Part shown: positions 40,269-50,479 of the stretch, piece by piece
How positions within the stretch are numbered: the stretch's first letter is position 1
Layout of the letters: each line of letters starts with the position of its first letter
NCBI GenBank assembly: GCA_030681595.1
Contig: JAUXSB010000014.1
Location: forward strand, 109,071-173,070
Direction: 5' to 3'
DNA length: 64,000 nt
Origin: Candidatus Omnitrophota bacterium
GTDB taxonomy: Bacteria > Omnitrophota > Gorgyraeia > Ghiorseimicrobiales > Ghiorseimicrobiaceae
The notes under the pieces: generated by a model
Seen by the model: only the letters and a program-made list of their open reading frames with translations
The model's database searches: none
Told to the model about the DNA's origin: nothing
Made by a program: the position numbers and the translations under genes

Positions 40269-41618
40269 TTATTCCTTAGCGGTTATACAATACCTACCTA
40301 AGAGATGCTTTAAGATACCGATAAACCCGGGGAAAGATTTATCTATACAGCCTGTATCATCAAGACAGGTTCTGCCTTGGGCTAACAGGCCGGCGATAAC
40401 CATGCTCATGGCAGTACGGTGGTCTCCGAAACTTTTAACACAGGCACCTTTAAGCCTATCTACACCAATGATTTCGATGCATTCATCAGACCCTTTTTTC
40501 TTGACGCGAATATTTGCCCCCATCTTTTTTAAATTAACCTGCATAGAGTTTATACGGTCGGTTTCTTTTACTCTTAATTCCTGCGCTCCCTCTATAACGG
40601 TTTTTCCTTTGGCTAATGAAGCGGCAACCATAAATATAGGCAGCTCATCAATTATCAAAGGGATTTCCATGCACTTTATTGTTGTGCCGTGTAACGCCGC
40701 GGATTTTACGCGGGCATCCGCCATAGGTTCAAAAAAATCCCTGTTTTCTTTCCTTAGTTCGATTTTCGCGCCCATTTCTTTTAATTTGCTTATGAGGCCT
40801 GCGCGTGTTGGATTAATGCCTAACGATTTTATAATTAAATCCGAACCGGGCAATAAACTTGCCAGCACTATAAAAAAAGCCGCTGATGAGATATCTGCCG
40901 GGATATAAATTATTCCGGGCGAAACAAGGCTATGCTGGGTTAACGTTATTTCTTTTCCTTTTTCTTTGATATTTGCGCCGAATAATTTCAACATCCTCTC
41001 GGTGTGATCGCGTGTTTTTAGCGGCTCAATGACTTTTGTCATGCCCTTAGCGTATAAGCCGGCAAACAATATCGCTGATTTCACCTGCGCGGAAGCAACC
41101 GGTATTTTGTAAGTAATTGCCTTTAAATTACCGCCTTTTATCTTTAGCGGAGGGTATTCTTCAATTTTTGATTTTATATTTTTTATTTTTGATTTTATCT
41201 CGGCACCCATCAACCTCAATGGTTCGGTAATACGGCGCATCGGGCGCTTAGAGAGGGCTTTACCGGCTGTTAAAAAAGAGGTGAATTCCTGCCCGGATAA
41301 GATACCGGCTAAAATGCGGTATGTAGTCCCTGATTCTTCAATGTGAATGGGGGTTTTTGGTTTGGATAAACCGTGCAGCCCTTTACCAAAAATAACGGCG
41401 CGCTTTGAGCTTTTATCAAGTTTAATTTTTACGCCTAACTTGCAAAAAGCATCGATGGTAGCAAGAGAATCTTCAGAAAATAAAAAATTATTTACCCGAG
41501 TTTTACCTTTACTAATTGCAGAGATAAATACCGCGCGGTGAGATACAGACTTATCGCCCGGCAGATACAAGCTGGCATTTAGAAGAGATGCCGGCTGGTT
41601 AATTATAGCGGGGTGCAT
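40269..41618 (-). CDS. aroA: 3-phosphoshikimate 1-carboxyvinyltransferase (EPSP synthase)
   Basis: LPGDKSVSHRAV is the EPSP synthase N-terminal motif. 449 aa. Confidence 0.88.
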   Translation of the reverse strand: MHPAIINQPASLLNASLYLPGDKSVSHRAVFISAISKGKTRVNNFLFSEDSLATIDAFCKLGVKIKLDKSSKRAVIFGKGLHGLSKPKTPIHIEESGTTYRILAGILSGQEFTSFLTAGKALSKRPMRRITEPLRLMGAEIKSKIKNIKSKIEEYPPLKIKGGNLKAITYKIPVASAQVKSAILFAGLYAKGMTKVIEPLKTRDHTERMLKLFGANIKEKGKEITLTQHSLVSPGIIYIPADISSAAFFIVLASLLPGSDLIIKSLGINPTRAGLISKLKEMGAKIELRKENRDFFEPMADARVKSAALHGTTIKCMEIPLIIDELPIFMVAASLAKGKTVIEGAQELRVKETDRINSMQVNLKKMGANIRVKKKGSDECIEIIGVDRLKGACVKSFGDHRTAMSMVIAGLLAQGRTCLDDTGCIDKSFPGFIGILKHLLGRYCITAKE

Positions 41619-41649
41619 ATATAAAAGACAGGCCCAATCAAAAACAAGC

Positions 41650-42435
41650 TTAACGGGATTTTATAGCTACCCGGTCGTTTTCTTTAATAATATCTTTAAG
41701 GCTCGCGTCGGTAAAATTAGCCGAAGACATCGCCTCATCTACGCGCTCTACCAATACATCGCCTATATATTTATCTTTCTGATAAACAGAAAGCGTATCT
41801 CCTACAGATATTCCGTCACGCAAACCTAAATTTATAACCACAAAGGCATATTCTTTATTCACTACCAGAACCTTGCCTTCGCTTGGCTTAGCAGTAGCTG
41901 CGGCATTCAAGCCGGAGGTATCTCCTTTGGCATCCGCCCCTTCTGCTCCGACTATGATTTTACCTAACTGAACATCAGTTTTTAGAGATGTTTCCTTTGT
42001 CTTTTTCTCTAAGGTGTCCTTCTCTTTCTTTATTTCTTCCAGCTGCGCCTTTAGAGAATTAATTTCATCTTGATTTTGGCTTATTTTCTTCTCTAAATCA
42101 GCTTTTGCGTTTTTTGCGTCTTCTAACTCTTTATTAAGCGAAATAACGGCTTGTTCGCTCTTATTTTTTTCAACATCTAAAGAAAGATTCAGCTCTTTAA
42201 TCTTTTTCTCGGACTGCTCCAGTTTTATGCCTGCCTCCGCAAGCTCGGACTTATACCGCTCTAACGTTTTTTCAAAATTAGCCTTCTCTGCTTCAAGAAT
42301 CGAGATTTTTTTTAATAGAGCTGTGCTCTGGCCTTTTTCTTTCTCTAAAGTAAAATAAATTATGCCGGCCACAAAAATAGATGCGGCAGCTAATAATATC
42401 AATAGGATTGTAACAATCTTACCTTTTCTGTTCAT
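41650..42435 (-). CDS. Membrane-anchored coiled-coil protein with a conserved C-terminal beta domain. Paralog of 59055-60224.
   Basis: N-terminal TM helix, then about 150 aa of coiled coil. The C-terminus is VLVVNKEYAFVVINLGLRDGISVGD...VLVERV, similar to ILAVNKENNFVVVDIGESVGAKTG...VEVIQV in the paralog. Confidence 0.6.
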   Translation of the reverse strand: MNRKGKIVTILLILLAAASIFVAGIIYFTLEKEKGQSTALLKKISILEAEKANFEKTLERYKSELAEAGIKLEQSEKKIKELNLSLDVEKNKSEQAVISLNKELEDAKNAKADLEKKISQNQDEINSLKAQLEEIKKEKDTLEKKTKETSLKTDVQLGKIIVGAEGADAKGDTSGLNAAATAKPSEGKVLVVNKEYAFVVINLGLRDGISVGDTLSVYQKDKYIGDVLVERVDEAMSSANFTDASLKDIIKENDRVAIKSR

Positions 42436-42585
42436 GCTTCCTCCTTGTATATTTTATATTTATACTAAGTATATGCTGTGAAATTAGCTAAGTCAAGTAA
42501 AAAATGCCGCGTGAAGGCTAAATTTTACCGTGAAACCAAATTTACCAAACAGCGCATTCGCCAACGCCTTTAATCTATTCTTTTT

Positions 42586-43017
42586 CTACTCTAAAACGGA
42601 ATCTGCTGCGCTTGGAGGCTGCCCGGTATTCGTCCAATAGATGACGCCCGTCTCATCAACAAAAAAACTCCTCCTGCCGCTAAAACCATAATTCCGCGGT
42701 AGGGCCGTTGCGGTAAAAGAATTATTCATCCCGCTCAAAGAAAAATCGTAGCTCTGCCTTAAGCCATTAGCCAGCTCCGAATCAATATAAGGCGGCTGAG
42801 AGGACGCCGGCCCCAAAGAGCTCAAGGTTAAGGGATAGTTGATATTAGCCCCGCGGTAACTTTGGGCGGCGGAACAAACCGTGCGCAAATTAGAAATCGC
42901 GGCAGATTCGTTAGCGTTTAATCTTGAACGCAGAAGATTAGGAATGCCTATCGCGGCTAATATGGTAATAATTAAAACTGTTGTCATGATTTCTATCAAG
43001 GTAAAACCTTTTCGCAT
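42586..43017 (-). CDS. Prepilin-type (type IV pilin / pseudopilin) protein. The start is corrected to MRKGFTLIEIM.
   Basis: GFTLIEIMTTVLIITILAAI is the N-methylation/cleavage motif. GGAGGG precedes the internal ATG at 43015-43017. Confidence 0.8.
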   Translation of the reverse strand: MRKGFTLIEIMTTVLIITILAAIGIPNLLRSRLNANESAAISNLRTVCSAAQSYRGANINYPLTLSSLGPASSQPPYIDSELANGLRQSYDFSLSGMNNSFTATALPRNYGFSGRRSFFVDETGVIYWTNTGQPPSAADSVLE

Positions 43018-43081
43018 AAACCCTCCCAACACAATAATAAAATCATGCCACCCTTGATTCACCGCCGCAAAAGAAAAAGGC

Positions 43082-44209
43082 CTAAGGCCTGACAAATACC
43101 TTTCCCGGAAGCTCTCTTATCAGTTTTTTTAATTCTAACCTGGTTAAAATACCCAAAACCTTAGCGGCATTTAAACCGCTTCTTCCGGCTATTTCGTCAA
43201 TATGTGTATTTTCTCTGCCGACTAAACCATATACTTCCTCTTCTTCTTTATCTAAGCCCGTACCGGGCAAAATACTCTTTTCTTCCGAAGCCTGTATTTT
43301 TTCTTTATTTTTCTCTTTTAACTTGCCGTAAATCACATCCTTTAATTCTTCAATTATATCATCGGCATTTTCCACCAATTTTGCGCCTTCGCGGATTAAC
43401 TGATTTGTCCCTTGTGAATTAAACTTGTTCGCCTCGCCCGGTACGCTAAAAATTTCCCTACCCTGCTCCAGCGCATGCTTAACTGTAATTAGCGCCCCAC
43501 TTTTAATGGGTGCTTCAATTACCACAACACCCAAAGATAATCCGCTGATAATCCGGTTACGCATAGGGAAATTTATCCTATTCGGCTCAGTACCCATCGG
43601 AAATTCTGAAATTACCGCGCCGTTTTTGCTTACTTCATCAAAGAGCTTGCCGTTTTCAAGAGGGTAATTGACATCTACGCCAGAGCCTAATACGGCAATG
43701 GTGCGGCCGAGCGCTCTTAGCGCCGCCCGGTGCGCAGAAGTATCTATGCCGCGCGCGCCTCCTGAAACAACGGTCAATCCTCTTTCCGCTAATTGCGCGC
43801 TGATTTTTTCAGAGATATTACGGCCATATACCGAAGCAAGGCGTGTGCCGACTATAGCAATAGAAAAGTAATCGTCAGGCAAAATTTTACCTTTTACGAA
43901 TAAAACTAACGGCGGGTCAAAAATTGCTTTTAGCTGAGCGGGGTAATTTTGGCTATTTAAAGGGATAACTTCTGCCTTATTTTTATCAATTAATTTAAGC
44001 TGTTTATCTAAATCTATCTTATCCCTATTTTCAACTATTTTTTTTGCAACTTCATTTCCAATATTTTCTACTTCCCTAATTTCGGATAAGCGCGCTTTTA
44101 ATATTGCGCCGGGAGTCTTGAATTTCTCTAAAAGCTTAATCCCGCGCCGGGAGCCGACTTCCGGGATCAAGCTTAACCTCAACCAATCTTTTACTTCTTG
44201 GCCGAACAT
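43082..44209 (-). CDS. dprA: DNA-protecting protein DprA (Smf)
   Basis: The Rossmann-like DprA core has AIVGTRLASVYG; a C-terminal winged helix is present. Confidence 0.88.
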   Translation of the reverse strand: MFGQEVKDWLRLSLIPEVGSRRGIKLLEKFKTPGAILKARLSEIREVENIGNEVAKKIVENRDKIDLDKQLKLIDKNKAEVIPLNSQNYPAQLKAIFDPPLVLFVKGKILPDDYFSIAIVGTRLASVYGRNISEKISAQLAERGLTVVSGGARGIDTSAHRAALRALGRTIAVLGSGVDVNYPLENGKLFDEVSKNGAVISEFPMGTEPNRINFPMRNRIISGLSLGVVVIEAPIKSGALITVKHALEQGREIFSVPGEANKFNSQGTNQLIREGAKLVENADDIIEELKDVIYGKLKEKNKEKIQASEEKSILPGTGLDKEEEEVYGLVGRENTHIDEIAGRSGLNAAKVLGILTRLELKKLIRELPGKVFVRP

Positions 44210-44213
44210 ATAA

Positions 44214-45365
44214 TTACGCTGGTAAAAATTCCTCTATTCTGGCTATAGCTTCTTTTAATTTATCAAGGCCTGTGGCATAAGACATGCGGACATATCCTTC
44301 GCCGCCTGCGCCAAAAGCGGTTCCGGGGACAACTGCGACTTTTTGTTCTTTCAATAACCGTTGGGCAAACTCCAAAGAATCATATCCGGTATTTTTTATA
44401 GAAGGAAAAACATAAAATGCGCCGTCAGGTTTAACACATCCCAAACCTATCTTGTTTAAGGCGCCTACGATAAATTCGCGGCGGCGGCTGTATTCGCGTT
44501 TCATTTCTTCAACCGATTTTCTTCCGCTCTGCAATGCCTCGCAGGCAGCCATTTGAGCCGTAATAGAAACACACATAATCGTATATTGATGGATTTTTGT
44601 CATCGCGGCGATTAAATCTTGAGGGCCGCAGGCAAACCCCACCCGCCAACCGGTCATTGCATAGCTTTTAGAAAAACCGTCCAGATAAATAGTGTTTTTC
44701 TTTGCGCCTGTCAATGTGGCAAAAGGCGTATGCTCAAATCCGTAAGTTAAATCGCCGTATATTTCATCGGATATGCAAATTAAGTTGTGTTTCAAAATAA
44801 CTTTTTTTATCTCTTCCAGTTCTTTTTTACGATAAGATACCCCTGTGGGATTATTCGGATAATTAAAAATTATGGCTTTGGTTTTCGTATCGATTTTTTC
44901 TTCTAATGATTTTGGGCTGAGTTTAAAGTTATTTTTTCTCGTATCGATATATACGGGAACCCCGCCTGCTAATTCCGCAAGCGGCCCATAAGAGACATAG
45001 TTCGGGGTGGGAATTAAAATTTTGTCTTGCGGGTTAATAATAGCACGCAAGGCCAAATCAAAACCTTCGCTAACGCCCACAGTAACCAAAATCTCATTAT
45101 CCGGGTTGTAATCTAATCCGTATTTATTTTTCAGGTGGCGCGAGATACTTAAGCGTAATTTATACAGCCCTTTATTTGAGGTATAGGAAGTAAACCCCTG
45201 CTCCAAAGAATAAATACCGGCTTCTCTTATCTGCCAAGGAGTAACAAAATCCGGCTCCCCTACGCCAAGAGATATCACATCCTTCATACCTAGCACTAAA
45301 TCAAAAAATGCCCGTATCCCTGACGGCTGCATATCTAAAACTTTTTTGGAAATAACGTCTTTCAT
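44214..45365 (-). CDS. Class I/II PLP-dependent aminotransferase (aspartate/aromatic aminotransferase-like)
   Basis: SKSYAMTGWRVGF is the PLP-lysine region. Confidence 0.85.
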   Translation of the reverse strand: MKDVISKKVLDMQPSGIRAFFDLVLGMKDVISLGVGEPDFVTPWQIREAGIYSLEQGFTSYTSNKGLYKLRLSISRHLKNKYGLDYNPDNEILVTVGVSEGFDLALRAIINPQDKILIPTPNYVSYGPLAELAGGVPVYIDTRKNNFKLSPKSLEEKIDTKTKAIIFNYPNNPTGVSYRKKELEEIKKVILKHNLICISDEIYGDLTYGFEHTPFATLTGAKKNTIYLDGFSKSYAMTGWRVGFACGPQDLIAAMTKIHQYTIMCVSITAQMAACEALQSGRKSVEEMKREYSRRREFIVGALNKIGLGCVKPDGAFYVFPSIKNTGYDSLEFAQRLLKEQKVAVVPGTAFGAGGEGYVRMSYATGLDKLKEAIARIEEFLPA

Positions 45366-45389
45366 TTTATTAACTCATCACTTATAACT

Positions 45390-45875
45390 TCAATAAGATA
45401 TATTAATCCTCTTATTCTCTTCTTTATGCTTTAAAATTACCCCGTCTTCTTTGTATTTTTTTAAGAGAAAGTGCGTAACTGTGCCGCGTACATTTTCCAT
45501 CGGCGCAAGCTTTTCCGAAACAAAATTAGATACCGTATGAATGTTCTTGCCTTCAATCACCAGTAACAAATCATAAGTTCCGGAAATTAAATAGCAGCTG
45601 GTTACCTCCGGGAATTGATAAATCCGCTCGGCAACATGGTCAAAGCCTAAATCTTTCTGCGGGACAAGGTTTACCTCAATCAAAGCACGGACATAATTTT
45701 CCTCTTCTCTGACCAATTCCTTATTCAGCACCGTGCGGTATTTTAAAATTACGCCTTCTTTTTCGTATTTCTTAATCGCGCTCTTTACGGACTTTACGTC
45801 TTTTTTAATAAGCTTAGCGATCTCTTCCGGGCTCAACCGGGCATCTTTTTCTAAAATTTCTAATATCTCATCCAT
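45390..45875 (-). CDS. Lrp/AsnC-family transcriptional regulator
   Basis: An N-terminal helix-turn-helix (LDEIDRKILEIL-like: ILEILEKDARLSPEEIAKLI) and a C-terminal RAM domain. Confidence 0.85.
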   Translation of the reverse strand: MDEILEILEKDARLSPEEIAKLIKKDVKSVKSAIKKYEKEGVILKYRTVLNKELVREEENYVRALIEVNLVPQKDLGFDHVAERIYQFPEVTSCYLISGTYDLLLVIEGKNIHTVSNFVSEKLAPMENVRGTVTHFLLKKYKEDGVILKHKEENKRINISY

Positions 45876-46109
45876 ATTAATCCTCTCAATGAGCGCATAA
45901 ATTACGGAGGCAAAGCCGACGTAACTTATAAGCGCGAATTGATCCCGCCGAGTGTATCAAAATTATGGGACAGAATTTTGATACATAGTACGAGGCGGGA
46001 CAAAATTAAATAAATTAACACTAATTACCCTAAATTCGGCTTCCTGCCGTGATTGGCTTTTTTAGAACGCCATCTTAGCTTGCCGCGACGGTTACGTTTC
46101 CCCATTTTG

Positions 46110-46799
46110 TTACCTTCCTTTCTTATCTTTCTCTACAGAACATGCCTTTACGCATATTCCGCAGATATATTGATCGGCGAGCCTTTTTCTTTGGAATTCT
46201 TTTAGCTGCTCAAAACAGCCGATATGATCAAAATCTTTTGGCTCCTTCTTTATAGCGCCGGCAGGACATACTTTAACACAACTGGCGCACCCGGTGCAAG
46301 CCAAATCTTTAGGCTTATCTATCTTTAGCGGCATATCGGTTAAAATCGTAACCAAGCGAAATTGTGCCCCTAATTTTTCATTTACCAAGAGGTTATTCCT
46401 GCCCAACCAGCCTAAACCAGCCAGTTCACCCACTTTTTTATGTGACAAATGCGCGGACTGCCTCTGCCAATCAGTAATCTGCGATGCGGGGATAGGAAGC
46501 GCGCGATACCCCTTCCTGACAATGTAGTTAGAAACCTTCAGCGCCAACTGGTCTAAAAAATGATTCACTGTTTTATAATGATGAAAATACAATTTTGTAG
46601 GATGGGTTTCTATTTCGGATAAAACCGAAGAATTAAGCGCGGCACCCAGGCTTACAGCGCGGTTTAATTTCTCTAGGACTTTTTTACCTATCTCAAATTC
46701 GTCCTTTATTCGGCTGATATCGGCTACGCCAAATAAGTCCGCGCCTTGACCAAGCGTATATTTTTTCAGGCTATTATATAATAGTTCTTGTTTGTTCAT
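46110..46799 (-). CDS. 4Fe-4S dicluster protein, epoxyqueuosine reductase (QueG)-like core
   Basis: CTGCASCVKVCPAGAI is a ferredoxin motif. 229 aa, shorter than canonical QueG. Confidence 0.5.
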   Translation of the reverse strand: MNKQELLYNSLKKYTLGQGADLFGVADISRIKDEFEIGKKVLEKLNRAVSLGAALNSSVLSEIETHPTKLYFHHYKTVNHFLDQLALKVSNYIVRKGYRALPIPASQITDWQRQSAHLSHKKVGELAGLGWLGRNNLLVNEKLGAQFRLVTILTDMPLKIDKPKDLACTGCASCVKVCPAGAIKKEPKDFDHIGCFEQLKEFQRKRLADQYICGICVKACSVEKDKKGR

Positions 46800-46832
46800 A
46801 TTTTAATTGGGAATTGAACAATTGGACATTTA

Positions 46833-48737
46833 TTAGTTATTGCCGGCCCGGCTTCGTTCTGGCGGGGAAATTGGCCATTGGCCATTGATTTTTTTAATCC
46901 AGACCAAGAGCATCGAAATCGCCGCAGGCGTTACCCCGGATATACGGCTGGCTTGACCTAAATTTATCGGCTTAAATTTAAGCAATTTTTCTTTTATCTC
47001 GCGCGAAAGGCCATTGATAGAACCGTAATTTAAATCTTGCGGCAGTTTTATTTTCTCTAAATTCTTAAACTTCTCTACTTCCACAAGCTGCCGCTGAATA
47101 AAACCGGCATATTTAACCTCAATTTCTACTTGGCTTAAGGCAAATTTAGGGATATCTAATTTAATGTGATCTAAATTTTTTATATCCGCCAAGGTTACCT
47201 GCGGCCTTTTTAGAATTTCTTCCAAGGTAAACGCCTTCTCTATAGGCGAAGTACCCAATCGGCTTAGATTATCGTTTATTTGCTTGGTTGGTTTAATCCG
47301 TGTTGATTGCAAAAATTTTATCCCTTCCTTGATTGCCTTTTCTTTCATCTGTGCCAAAAAGTAATCTTTCTTACTGACTAAACCTATTTTATAACCAATC
47401 TTTCTTAAGCGTAAATCCGCGTTATCTTCACGTAAAATCAGCCGGTATTCTACCCGTGAGGTAAACATCCGATAGGGTTCAGGCGTTCCTTTAGTAGTTA
47501 AGTCGTCAATTAGTACGCCAATGTAACTTGTTGAGCGGTCTAAAACCAACGGTTCGCTATCTTTAACTCTTAAGGCGGAATTTATTCCGGCAATTAATCC
47601 TTGTGCCGCCGCTTCCTCATAACCGGTAGTGCCGTTAATCTGTCCGGCAAGGTATAAATTCTTAATCAGTTTGGTTTCCAGCGTCGAAAAAAGTTGCGTG
47701 GGCTCAACTACCGTATGTTCAATACCATAACCAAAACGTACCACCTCTACATTTTCTAATCCCTCTATCGAATGTAATATTTTTAACTGTACGTCTTCGG
47801 GCAGGCTGGTAGATATTCCATTTGGATATACTTCATCGGTTTTTAACCCTTGTGGCTCTAAAAATATCTGATGCCTTTCTTTATCGCTAAACCTAACAAT
47901 TTTATCCTCAATTGACGGGCAATATCTCACTCCTGTTGCCTTAATTACTCCCGCATAAAGCGGCGAGCGATTTAGATTATCCAAAATAATCTTATGCGTA
48001 TTTTTATTGGTATAAGTAATGTAACAAGGAACCTGCTTTTGGGTTAATTTTTTCGTAGAAAATGAAAATGGTTTGGGAGGCTCATCCCCATATTGCACAA
48101 TCAGCCGCGAGAAATCTATCGTGTTCTTGTCTAAGCGCGGGCAGGTGCCGGTTTTAAACCTTAACAGATTAAAACCCAAGCTTTTTAAATCCTCCCCCAA
48201 GCCAATAGATGCCGGCTCATTTATCCTGCCTCCGGAGAAATGCTTCATCCCAACATGAATTACGCCGTCTAAAAAAGTCCCGGGTGTCGCTACCAGGCAA
48301 TCAGCCGCGATCTCTTCGCCTTTCTCTGTAATTATTCCGTAAATTTGGTTATTTTTGACAATTAATTTCTTTACTTCTGCCTCTTTTATGCGCAAGCCGC
48401 CTTGAGATTTAACGATTTTTTGCATATAGCGGCTGTATTTATCCATGTCTATCTGGCAGCGCGATGACTGCACTGCTTCGCCTTTTGAGGCATTTAAAAT
48501 ACGAAACTGTATTCCGCAGGCATCCGCGGCGCGGCCCATTTGGCCGCCTAAGACATCCAGCTCCTTGACTAACTGCCCTTTACCGACGCCGCCGATAGCC
48601 GGGTTACAACTCATCTTCCCGATAGTTTTACTATCAAGCGTAAGCATAAGCGTAGCACAACCCAAGCGCGCACTCGCTAGAGCGGCCTCAATACCAGCAT
48701 GCCCTGCCCCAATAATTATTACATCGTATTTTTCCAT
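46833..48737 (-). CDS. mnmG: tRNA uridine-5-carboxymethylaminomethyl synthesis enzyme MnmG (GidA)
   Basis: YDVIIIGAGHAGIEAA is the FAD motif. 634 aa. Confidence 0.95.
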   Translation of the reverse strand: MEKYDVIIIGAGHAGIEAALASARLGCATLMLTLDSKTIGKMSCNPAIGGVGKGQLVKELDVLGGQMGRAADACGIQFRILNASKGEAVQSSRCQIDMDKYSRYMQKIVKSQGGLRIKEAEVKKLIVKNNQIYGIITEKGEEIAADCLVATPGTFLDGVIHVGMKHFSGGRINEPASIGLGEDLKSLGFNLLRFKTGTCPRLDKNTIDFSRLIVQYGDEPPKPFSFSTKKLTQKQVPCYITYTNKNTHKIILDNLNRSPLYAGVIKATGVRYCPSIEDKIVRFSDKERHQIFLEPQGLKTDEVYPNGISTSLPEDVQLKILHSIEGLENVEVVRFGYGIEHTVVEPTQLFSTLETKLIKNLYLAGQINGTTGYEEAAAQGLIAGINSALRVKDSEPLVLDRSTSYIGVLIDDLTTKGTPEPYRMFTSRVEYRLILREDNADLRLRKIGYKIGLVSKKDYFLAQMKEKAIKEGIKFLQSTRIKPTKQINDNLSRLGTSPIEKAFTLEEILKRPQVTLADIKNLDHIKLDIPKFALSQVEIEVKYAGFIQRQLVEVEKFKNLEKIKLPQDLNYGSINGLSREIKEKLLKFKPINLGQASRISGVTPAAISMLLVWIKKINGQWPISPPERSRAGNN

Positions 48738-48749
48738 ATTTTAATTTAA

Positions 48750-48779
48750 CCCGTTGTACACCCCTGGGGTGTACAACGG
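48750..48779. repeat. REP-like 30-bp perfect palindrome (3' flank of the RAYT gene)
   Basis: CCCGTTGTACACCCCTGGGGTGTACAACGG. Confidence 0.85.
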
Positions 48780-49466
48780 CTAAAGCTCGCTTCCTTCTTC
48801 AAGAATAAGCTTTTTTATGTCGTCCAGATGCCGCTGATAAGAAATCATATCCTCTACAAACTTCTTATACGATACCGGCTCTATATCCAAAACGCCTTTA
48901 TAATTACAGACTCTATTCTCTACGCCGTCATATGAACTATATTCAAGATAAGAAGAATCTCTCCAATCTTGCGGCTTATCAACTATGCGCGCGGTTGCCG
49001 GATTCAAATGAACATATCTCGTCAAATGAAGTAGCTGCTCATCGCTATCAACCAATACCGCCTTAAATTTGCTTTCCCAAAGCGGCCCTTTACGGCCATG
49101 TTTTATATTAAAATAACGGCTGTAGCTATTAAGTAAATTGCTCATAAAAAATGAAATGCCTCTATCTTCTAATTGTTTTAAAATTAAGTGCAGGTGGGTC
49201 GGCATAAAGCAATAGGCAATTATCTCAACAAGCTTTTTACTTTTTCCCGCTACCGATTCAAAATGCTTATCAAACCCCTCTTTCTGCGTACGCTCTATTT
49301 CCAAAAATCTAGAAAATTTATCCGGTTGATTTTCAAGCTGATAATATTTTAACATCCGCTTCATTCTTGAAAAATCGGCGTCACTATTAAATATCTTAAA
49401 TAAAGCAATACTCTTGCTAAAAACATGATAAACTTCTCCTGTTGCCAATATTTCTTTTCTACGCAT
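48780..49466 (-). mobile_element. REP-associated tyrosine transposase (RAYT; IS200/IS605-like Y1 HUH transposase TnpA_REP)
   Basis: The HUH motif is MPTHLHLIL. A Tyr-containing region SYSRYF follows. The gene is flanked on both sides by the same palindrome. Confidence 0.75.
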
Positions 49467-49488
49467 ACCCTACCCCTTTATCATTACC

Positions 49489-49523
49489 AACCCGTTGTAC
49501 ACCCCTGGGGTGTACAACGGGTT
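49489..49523. repeat. REP-like palindrome (5' flank of the RAYT gene)
   Basis: AACCCGTTGTACACCCCTGGGGTGTACAACGGGTT. Confidence 0.85.
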
Positions 49524-49695
49524 ATATTATAATGGAAATAAGAGCGGCAAACAAGCGATATTAATTTGGCTTGTAAAAGCTAAAATACCTTATATAATTG
49601 ATATAAATACTGCTAACACGCTTTGCATAACTGCTCTGCCGCCTTTTGGCTTCGACTATCAACAGGTAAGTTTAAATATTATGGACAAATAAATA

Positions 49696-50385
49696 ATGGA
49701 TAATCCAATATTTATACTATTTGGCACAATAATTTTAGCCCTTACGTTGCTTTGCTTGCTAATATATGCAAGGAAGAATAAAAAATTTTTAAATATTAGC
49801 GATGGTTTCTTCCAAGCTATCACATCATCAATTATTTCTGGCATACTCGTTGGATTAGTCGTAGCATCAGCATCGTCTTATTTTGCATATTCATTATGGC
49901 AGTTTCAAGAAAAGAAAACTGAAGGAAAAGAAAAATATGCTATCGCTAGATTTATGTGTGTCAGCATTAAAAGGGAAATTAAAACATCAAAACAGTTAAT
50001 TGATGCTTTAGATAAAGAAAAAATCAAACCCGGCAAGATGGTTCCACATGGCTTTAAATTCCTACATGATTCTGCATTTTATTCTTCTGCCTGGGAAAAT
50101 ATTGGAATTCTGGATGAAGAAATAATTATTGCTCTAGATGCGTATTATAGGATGATCAAATCATGCCAGGCAATGAGAGATTTTATGTACGAGGAAATAA
50201 AACGTGTTAACGAAGATACAGCTTTAGCTAAAGGTTCTATCGATGCTTATATTTATCAAGTAAACCGTCTAATTGCAACAGGAGAAAAAGTTTTAAAACT
50301 TATAAATGAGAAATATCCACAAAAGGATGTAAAAAACACCTGCGAAGAATTCTTGCCGAAAGTTAGTTTTTTTGAATTAAAGTAA
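49696..50385 (+). CDS. Hypothetical two-TM membrane protein encoded in an AT-rich (about 30% GC) segment
   Basis: Two N-terminal TM helices followed by a roughly 150-aa soluble domain with no recognisable motif. Composition differs markedly from neighbouring genes. Confidence 0.55.
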   Translation: MDNPIFILFGTIILALTLLCLLIYARKNKKFLNISDGFFQAITSSIISGILVGLVVASASSYFAYSLWQFQEKKTEGKEKYAIARFMCVSIKREIKTSKQLIDALDKEKIKPGKMVPHGFKFLHDSAFYSSAWENIGILDEEIIIALDAYYRMIKSCQAMRDFMYEEIKRVNEDTALAKGSIDAYIYQVNRLIATGEKVLKLINEKYPQKDVKNTCEEFLPKVSFFELK

Positions 50386-50479
50386 AATAAATGTTGCCTA
50401 ATAAAATGAACCCTGTAGACCTAAGCCACACCCTGATGGGGCTTGCTCAAAGTCGCTAATTTTTATACCAGGAGGCAAT

